This document shows positions 8,868 to 15,117 of a DNA stretch of 64,000 nt, piece after piece. The notes under the pieces were generated by a model, which saw nothing but the letters and a program-made list of their open reading frames with translations, was not told the origin of the DNA and did not search any database. The stretch comes from a virus: IMG/VR virus record IMGVR_UViG_3300025519_000001, positions 64,001 to 128,000 of that record; one strand, written 5' to 3'. The translations under genes and the position numbers were made by a program. The first letter of the stretch is position 1, and each line of letters opens with the position of its first letter.

Positions 8868-10478
8868 ATGCCTAAAAAAGAAAAAGATGATAATAAGATT
8901 GTGAAAATTGTAAAAGTAGAGATTGATAGGATTGTTGGAATAAAAGAAGATCATTTTAATGTTATAGCAAAAAAACTTCAAAGCGAATCTCTTGATATGC
9001 GAAATCAATTTATCGCAGAGTTATGGAAGTGGAATAATTTTGAAGATGACTATAAAACAAGATACTACTCTAATCCAGATACAAAGGAATATTTATTTAA
9101 TAAAAAGAAAGGGAGTCCATATGGATCAATAAGGGGGTATGCTGAGGACGTAGTGAAAGAAAATAAAATATCGTATTCTGGTATAATTAGTGCAAACACA
9201 AATAAAGCTCTTAGTAGATGGAATAAATTCTTAAAAGATCGCGAAAACTATAGAGAAGGAAAATATCCAGCAATACCATGTTTTACAAGACCAGAAATTC
9301 TATTTCGTGCTTCTGATACAGAGATAATTAAGAAAGATGCAAAATATGAATGCAAATTACCTTTACTTGGTAGAGATGGAGTTAAAATTGCTGATCTTCT
9401 AGTTAAAAAATATGAAGAAGAAAAACGCACTGAAAAACTAAGAAGAGAAGAATTAAAAAAAGAATATAAGAATCTTGAAGAAAAAGGCGTAGAAATAACC
9501 AAAGAAATTAAAGATAAACTGTGGATTAAAGTTAAAAATAAAATTAAAGAAAAGAGTGAAGAAGAACTTAAAAATGATGAACCGATTATCACCTCTAGTA
9601 GCTATCAAGCTATTTTGAAACTATCTGATACATATGATAATACAACAATCATAAACAGAATTATTAATGGCGAATATAAAATGGGTGAAAGCAGTTTACG
9701 AAAATTAAAAAACAAATGGATACTATTTATCACATACAGTTTTGAAAAGCAGTCAAAGGGGCTTGATCCAAATATAATTTTGGGTGTAGATATAGGAGTT
9801 AATGATCCAGCACATATGATAGTTTATGATTCCAATAATAAAAAATGGGGGAAAAAGAAATGGATTGATGGTAAAGAAATCGAAGCGTTTCGTAAGAAAC
9901 GTGATGTTATGAAGAGATCAATACAAAAACAAGCTGCTTATTGTGGAGAAGGAAGAAGAGGACATGGGAGGAAAACAAGAATGAATGCGGTTGAAAAGAT
10001 TGATGGAATGATTAAGAGATTTAAAAATACATGCAACCATAAATATTCTAGATTTATTGTTGATTTTGCTTTAAAAAACAATTGTGGAGTAATTCAGATG
10101 GAAAACTTATCAGGAATTGCTGATGGAGAAAAGAAAGCAACATTCTTGGGTGATTGGACTTTTTATGATTTGCAACAAAAAATAAAATATAAAGCTGATG
10201 AAGTTGGAATTAAAGTTATATTTATTAAACCAAATCACACGTCTGCAAGGTGTAGTAATTGTGGTTTCATTCATGATAATAAATTAAAAGATATTTGGAG
10301 ACCAGAAACAAAACAATTCAAATGTATGAAGTGTGACTATGGACATAGGCGATTTGTCCACGCAGATGATAATGCAGCTAGGAATATTTCGCTTCCAGAT
10401 ATCGAAAATATTATCGAAGAACAACTAGACCTCCAAAACAAAGAAGCAAAACATGCATTAAAGTATATTGCAGAATAA
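8868..10478 (+). CDS. cas12f: Type V-F Cas12f1 (AsCas12f1-like, TnpB-derived) RNA-guided nuclease, 536 aa
   Basis: RuvC-I GVDIG (D308), RuvC-II QMENL (E412), CSNC..CMKC zinc finger, RuvC-III HADDNAARNI (D500), GRRGHGR and WTFYDLQQKIKYKA blocks; adjacent to array and tracrRNA. Confidence 0.9.
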   Translation: MPKKEKDDNKIVKIVKVEIDRIVGIKEDHFNVIAKKLQSESLDMRNQFIAELWKWNNFEDDYKTRYYSNPDTKEYLFNKKKGSPYGSIRGYAEDVVKENKISYSGIISANTNKALSRWNKFLKDRENYREGKYPAIPCFTRPEILFRASDTEIIKKDAKYECKLPLLGRDGVKIADLLVKKYEEEKRTEKLRREELKKEYKNLEEKGVEITKEIKDKLWIKVKNKIKEKSEEELKNDEPIITSSSYQAILKLSDTYDNTTIINRIINGEYKMGESSLRKLKNKWILFITYSFEKQSKGLDPNIILGVDIGVNDPAHMIVYDSNNKKWGKKKWIDGKEIEAFRKKRDVMKRSIQKQAAYCGEGRRGHGRKTRMNAVEKIDGMIKRFKNTCNHKYSRFIVDFALKNNCGVIQMENLSGIADGEKKATFLGDWTFYDLQQKIKYKADEVGIKVIFIKPNHTSARCSNCGFIHDNKLKDIWRPETKQFKCMKCDYGHRRFVHADDNAARNISLPDIENIIEEQLDLQNKEAKHALKYIAE

Positions 10479-10499
10479 ACTTTTTATACATTCTCTCTG

Positions 10500-10542
10500 G
10501 TGCGAATCCCAAGTTCACATAAAATCCCTAGAAGATTCGCAC
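10500..10542 (+). promoter_or_regulatory. CRISPR leader inverted-repeat motif, type I-C-like (copy 2)
   Basis: gtgcgaatcccaagttcacataaaatccctagaagattcgcac. Confidence 0.7.
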
Positions 10543-10558
10543 TTCTAATAAACATTAA

Positions 10559-10811
10559 GGGGCGACTCGGTAGAATGGAACATCTTAGTCAGTCATCCGT
10601 CCTAAATCGAGATAGTGCGGTTATACATATTTAACTTAACCGTTCACACTCGATAAGGTATCCCGAAAGGGTGAAACCCTACTCACAAAATCCGAGTAGG
10701 CACTTCATACAGAATATTTATGTATATTTATTCACACTTTCCGCAGTTGCAATTTATATGTACGTATGAAGTGTGAGAAAATACTAGATTAAGTCTTGTT
10801 ATGAAATTAGC
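10559..10811 (+). ncRNA. Second tracrRNA fused to a single variant repeat (10746-10777) and flanking guide (natural sgRNA/omegaRNA-like)
   Basis: Same stems as copy 1; anti-repeat cacttcatac (10701-10710) is perfectly complementary to gtatgaagtg in the variant repeat GTTGCAATTTATATGTACGTATGAAGTGTGAG. Confidence 0.8.
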
Positions 10812-10953
10812 TAAAGATATTACTTCGGCTCTGATTGAGCGATTCCCCCTAGAGTATGAAAAAGAAAATATTAAAATAAAAAATATTAAAGATAAAGATT
10901 TGGTTAAACGAATTAAAAAGAAAGGGTTAAGCGTAGAGTTGATCACAAAATAA
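10777..10953 (+). pseudogene. 5'-truncated ORF remnant or small ORF (..MKLAKDITSALIERFPLEYEKE..ELITK*)
   Basis: Open frame starts at the repeat 3' end; the ATG at 10801 has no RBS. Confidence 0.45.
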
Positions 10954-10956
10954 AAC

Positions 10957-10974
10957 ATGAAAGATGCATTTCAT
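10957..10974. repeat. ATGAAA-N6-TTTCAT dyad at the right border of the CRISPR cassette
   Basis: atgaaa-gatgca-tttcat. Confidence 0.65.
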
Positions 10975-11070
10975 TAAATGATGTGATGAAGCTTGAGAAT
11001 AAAAGTTATTGTTACAATTGAACTATTAAAATAAAAAATATCAAGATAATTCGAGAGGAGTATAAACAAA

Positions 11071-11244
11071 ATGGATAAATACTCTCACTTAGACAAGGAA
11101 TATCTCGAATACTTAAAGGAGGGCTACTCTCAAAGATACATAGATCCAGACGATCCTTGGTTTACGGACTATGAACTTGAAGATAAGTACCTAGACGGAT
11201 ATGGCTTTGAAAATAAAAATAAAATAATACATAAAGGAGAGTAA
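11071..11244 (+). CDS. Small acidic hypothetical protein (57 aa, not in the ORF track)
   Basis: gaggag RBS; MDKYSHLDKEYLEYLKEGY...HKGE*. Confidence 0.6.
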   Translation: MDKYSHLDKEYLEYLKEGYSQRYIDPDDPWFTDYELEDKYLDGYGFENKNKIIHKGE

Positions 11245-11250
11245 AATAAA

Positions 11251-11645
11251 ATGGATTTGGGGTTAAAAAAGGCGGAAGACACGAACGCTGGATTTCGTTT
11301 GCCCTAAAAAAAGCAAAATACAGTAAAGTTCCACACTACAAACACTGTGCTGTTGTAATCAAGGGTGGAAGGCCAATTAGTATAGGAATTAATAAAACAA
11401 AAGCGGGATGTCTGGGAGATCCAATTTATTCTTTCCGCCAATGGCACAGTGAATTTGATGCCCTTTGTAACCTTGATGAGTCTCAAATTAAAAATGCTAT
11501 CTTGTATGTCGCAGGATGGACAAAGGGAGGTAATATTGCAAAATCCAAGCCATGCCCTCATTGTCAGGAGTATTTAAAAAAATTACCGTTAAAATCTATC
11601 GTATATTCAATGCCAGATGGAAGCTATGAAGAAATGGTTATATAA
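11251..11645 (+). CDS. Cytidine/dCMP deaminase-family zinc protein that needs a -1 frameshift (or a frameshifted pseudogene)
   Basis: Frame 11250-11645 encodes WHSEFDA and SKPCPHC (HxE/PCxxC) but has no start codon near its 5' end; ATG at 11251 with a strong RBS reaches it via A AAA AAG (11265-11271). Confidence 0.75.
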
Positions 11646-11664
11646 ATATTTTGGGGTGAAATTC

Positions 11665-11970
11665 ATGAACGACAAAAAAAGACTAGAGTCAATTATTAAA
11701 GCAATAGACGCAATTGGTAAAGATACACTTATTCCAAGACAACATGAACAATTATTTGGAATCCTATTAGCGCAACATATGATTTCCAATGGCTTTCCCG
11801 AAGAAGTTGTTGATCCTGACTTGCTAATGTTATCTATTCGTGATGCTTATCATGAATATAATTGGATAAAAGAAAAGATTAAAAACCCAACAATTGAGAA
11901 TGTATTTACTCCAAAATACATTGAAGAATTAAAGAAAAAAGGTTGGATTTATGAACCAAATAAAGATTGA
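11665..11970 (+). CDS. Hypothetical protein
   Basis: ORF 11617-11970; likely start ATG 11665 after ggggtg. Confidence 0.7.
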   Translation: MNDKKRLESIIKAIDAIGKDTLIPRQHEQLFGILLAQHMISNGFPEEVVDPDLLMLSIRDAYHEYNWIKEKIKNPTIENVFTPKYIEELKKKGWIYEPNKD

Positions 11971-12369
11971 GTGGATTATTCCTACGAAATTGCGATTTTA
12001 TTGGAGGTGTTTAAAGTGAATTTGTGGTTTACAGCAAATGATTATTATGGTCAAGAAGTCAATTTTACATTTGATGATATTAATTGTGTATATAAAAACG
12101 ACGGAATTATGTATGTTGGAAATCCAATTCCTATTCCAATTTTGATGAATACAATAAAATTAAAAAATTATGAAGCAAATAAATTAAATGAATTCACTTT
12201 TCGTTTTTATGATGGAGTCAACTATAAACAAGGAGTATGCAAAAATATAGTTGCAGTTGATTTACTACAGGCTAAAGACTTTGCATATCAAATTGTTGAA
12301 TTATTAGGTTCGTTGAATAGTAGTGATTGGGACAAAGATACAATTCGATATGAATATATAAGCCAATGA
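11971..12369 (+). CDS. Hypothetical protein
   Basis: 132 aa ORF; the true start may be the GTG after the internal ggaggtg. Confidence 0.65.
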   Translation: MDYSYEIAILLEVFKVNLWFTANDYYGQEVNFTFDDINCVYKNDGIMYVGNPIPIPILMNTIKLKNYEANKLNEFTFRFYDGVNYKQGVCKNIVAVDLLQAKDFAYQIVELLGSLNSSDWDKDTIRYEYISQ

Positions 12370-12383
12370 AATCATCATTTCAT
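12366..12383. repeat. ATGAAA-N6-TTTCAT dyad
   Basis: atgaaa-tcatca-tttcat, overlapping a stop codon. Confidence 0.65.
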
Positions 12384-12406
12384 AAGAAAGAGAGGAAGCA
12401 TTTTAT

Positions 12407-14593
12407 ATGAGGTTGCTTGTTGTAACAAGAGGGGCAATGGGAGCAGGAAAATCTACTTGGATTAAAAATGCTGGTCTTGAACAATATACAATATCTCCAG
12501 ACCAAATTAGACTAATGATTCAAACTCCCGTAATGAATGAGACTGGTGGATTTTCAATTAGTGTAAAAAATGAAAAACGTGTATGGAATCTCTTATTTGA
12601 AGTATTAGAAGATCGTATGAAACGTGGAGAGTTTACTGTTATCGATGCAACCCACTCAAAAACTGAAGACTTTAAGAAATATAAAAAATTACTTGAGAAA
12701 TATCGTTACAGAATGATATGCGTTGATTTTACTGATGTTCCAATTGAAAAAGCAAAAGAACAAAATAGAAATAGAGAAAGTTATAAATTTGTTCCCGAAG
12801 ATCGTATTGATAATTTGTATGAAAGATTTAAAACACAAGAAGTACCTAATTGGGTCAAAGTTATCAAACCAAGCGAGTATGAAGAAGCAGTAAAATATAC
12901 CCCAAGAGATTTATCTTCATATAAAAAAATACATCACATCGGAGATATTCATGGTTGCTACGAGCCACTTCTTGAATATTTTAAAAGTGGACTTAAAGAT
13001 GATGAATTTTACATTTTCACAGGAGATTACATTGATAGAGGCATCCAAAACGCAGAAGTATTGAATTGGTTATTCTCTATTAAAGATAGGGATAATGTAA
13101 TTCTACTTGAAGGCAATCATGAAAAATGGTTATGGTATTGGGCCAACGAAGAACAAGAAAATATTCGAAGCCGAGAATTTAAAAATATTACACAAAAAGA
13201 ACTTGAACAAAAAGGAGTTGATAAAAAAGAAACTAGACAACTATATAGAAAACTACATCAAATTGTTTACTATACATACGGAAATAAGCAAGTTATTGTA
13301 ACTCATGGTGGCATTACAACAATGCCTGAAAACTTACTTTATATTGCGACCAACCAATTTATTGATGGTGTAGGAAGTTATGAATTAGATGTTGACAGAG
13401 TTTTCTTTGACAATACAGGCGATAATATTTTTCAAATTCATGGTCATAGAAACATTCAAAGGTTTCCAGTTCAAGTTAATGAAAGATGTTTTAACCTTGA
13501 AGGACAGATTGAACATGGAGAATATCTTAGAATTGTTACCCTAGATGAAGATGGATTTAAAACAAATGAGATTAAAAACAATGTATTCTCTAATCGCTTT
13601 ACAGCCGTTAATGAAAGTAATTCAACAAACGAAGCTATTTTAAAATTAAAAAATGATAAAACAATTATCGAGAAAAATCTTGGAGATGGAATTGTTTCAT
13701 TTAATTTTTCTTCCAATACTTTCAAGAAAGGAAAATGGAACAAAAACAACTTACAAGCTCGTGGCTTATTCGTAAATCTTGATACAGAAGAAATCGTGGC
13801 AAGAAGTTATAATAAATTTTTTAATGTTAATGAACGATATGAAACTAAAATAGATACACTAGGAAGAAATCTAAAATACCCTGTTGACATTTATCTAAAA
13901 GAAAATGGTTTTCTTGGTTTGGTAGGATATAACTCAGTAAATGATGAAGTTGTATTTTGTTCTAAATCTACAACAAAAAGCGATTTTGCGGGCTGGTTAA
14001 AAGAAATCTTCATTGATTCAATCACATTCAACAATATTGATCTTGATACAATTAAAACATATTTAAAAGATAATAATTGTACTTTGGTTTTTGAAGTAAT
14101 TGACCCTCAAAACGATCCTCATATTATTGAGTATCAGAATAGAGAAATTGTTCTACTTGATATTGTGAAAAGGACATTTGATTTTCAAAAAGAACCATAT
14201 GAAACTGTTCAGAATATAGCACAACAATTTGGCTTTAAATGCAAAGAAAAAGTTACTTCTTTTACTAACTGGAATGAATTTTACAACTGGTACACAAATA
14301 TTAAAGAAAATAAAAAATTGAAAATTGAGGGGTATGTTCTAGAAGATGCTTCTGGATTTATGACAAAAATTAAACTCCCCTATTATGGTTTTTGGAAACA
14401 TATGAGAAAGATCAAAGAAATTCTATCAAAGAAAAATCCAGTGTTCGACAAAAAAATTCTTTTTAGTAAATCAATGAATGAAGTGTATAATTGGATGATT
14501 ACTAAAGATAAAGATTATCTTCAAAAATCAAGTATTATTCAATTAAGAAATGATTTTTACAAAGAAGTTAAAAATCCTGATTTTGAATATTGA
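12407..14593 (+). CDS. Polynucleotide kinase / metallophosphoesterase / T4 Rnl1-like RNA ligase fusion
   Basis: GAMGAGKST P-loop; GDIHG, GDYIDRG, GNHE phosphoesterase motifs; ARSYNKFFN, KENG and EGYV ligase motifs. Confidence 0.88.
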   Translation: MRLLVVTRGAMGAGKSTWIKNAGLEQYTISPDQIRLMIQTPVMNETGGFSISVKNEKRVWNLLFEVLEDRMKRGEFTVIDATHSKTEDFKKYKKLLEKYRYRMICVDFTDVPIEKAKEQNRNRESYKFVPEDRIDNLYERFKTQEVPNWVKVIKPSEYEEAVKYTPRDLSSYKKIHHIGDIHGCYEPLLEYFKSGLKDDEFYIFTGDYIDRGIQNAEVLNWLFSIKDRDNVILLEGNHEKWLWYWANEEQENIRSREFKNITQKELEQKGVDKKETRQLYRKLHQIVYYTYGNKQVIVTHGGITTMPENLLYIATNQFIDGVGSYELDVDRVFFDNTGDNIFQIHGHRNIQRFPVQVNERCFNLEGQIEHGEYLRIVTLDEDGFKTNEIKNNVFSNRFTAVNESNSTNEAILKLKNDKTIIEKNLGDGIVSFNFSSNTFKKGKWNKNNLQARGLFVNLDTEEIVARSYNKFFNVNERYETKIDTLGRNLKYPVDIYLKENGFLGLVGYNSVNDEVVFCSKSTTKSDFAGWLKEIFIDSITFNNIDLDTIKTYLKDNNCTLVFEVIDPQNDPHIIEYQNREIVLLDIVKRTFDFQKEPYETVQNIAQQFGFKCKEKVTSFTNWNEFYNWYTNIKENKKLKIEGYVLEDASGFMTKIKLPYYGFWKHMRKIKEILSKKNPVFDKKILFSKSMNEVYNWMITKDKDYLQKSSIIQLRNDFYKEVKNPDFEY

Positions 14594-14725
14594 TATCATA
14601 ATGAAGTTGAAAGGATAAAAAAATAAAATATATGGATATTATTATGGAATTATGTGCTTAAAAATATTGTTTACTGCGAAAAAGTAGATACAGGCAGACT
14701 TTTAATGGAGGTGTAAAGATCTACA

Positions 14726-15112
14726 TTGAATCACAAAACAAAGGGAACGCATATTATTGCGGATTTGTATGGTATTAAAAAAGAACTTCTCGACGATATA
14801 TCGCTTCTTTCGTTATTAGGGAGAACAGCAATTGCAATCTCAGGAGCAAAATTAGTTGATTGGACATTTAAAAAATTTCAGCCTAGCGGGGTTACGCTTC
14901 TCTTTCTTTTAGAAGAATCGCATTTATCATTTCATACATATCCAGATAGCGAACCAGAAAATTCTACAGGTTTTCTTGCCTTAGATATATATTGCTGTGG
15001 TGATGCCGATCCCAATGTTGCTGTTGATTTTATTATTGACAACCTTAAACCAGACCCAAGTAGAGTATATCGGCAGATGTTTATTAGGGGCGTTGAACAA
15101 GTAAGGAGGTAA
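14726..15112 (+). CDS. speD: S-adenosylmethionine decarboxylase proenzyme
   Basis: GTHIIADLYG, FQPSGVT, LLEESHLSFHTYP (E-S self-cleavage site), DIYCCG. Confidence 0.9.
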   Translation: MNHKTKGTHIIADLYGIKKELLDDISLLSLLGRTAIAISGAKLVDWTFKKFQPSGVTLLFLLEESHLSFHTYPDSEPENSTGFLALDIYCCGDADPNVAVDFIIDNLKPDPSRVYRQMFIRGVEQVRR

Positions 15113-15117
15113 TAAAA

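Noticed and set aside
8868-10478. Plain IS200/IS605 or IS607 TnpB transposon
   Set aside because: No adjacent TnpA, and a real repeat-spacer array with tracrRNAs is present; transposon ancestry remains possible
8868-10478. Nuclease-dead Cas12f/TnpB transcription regulator
   Set aside because: D308, E412 and D500 are all present, and no sigma factor gene is adjacent
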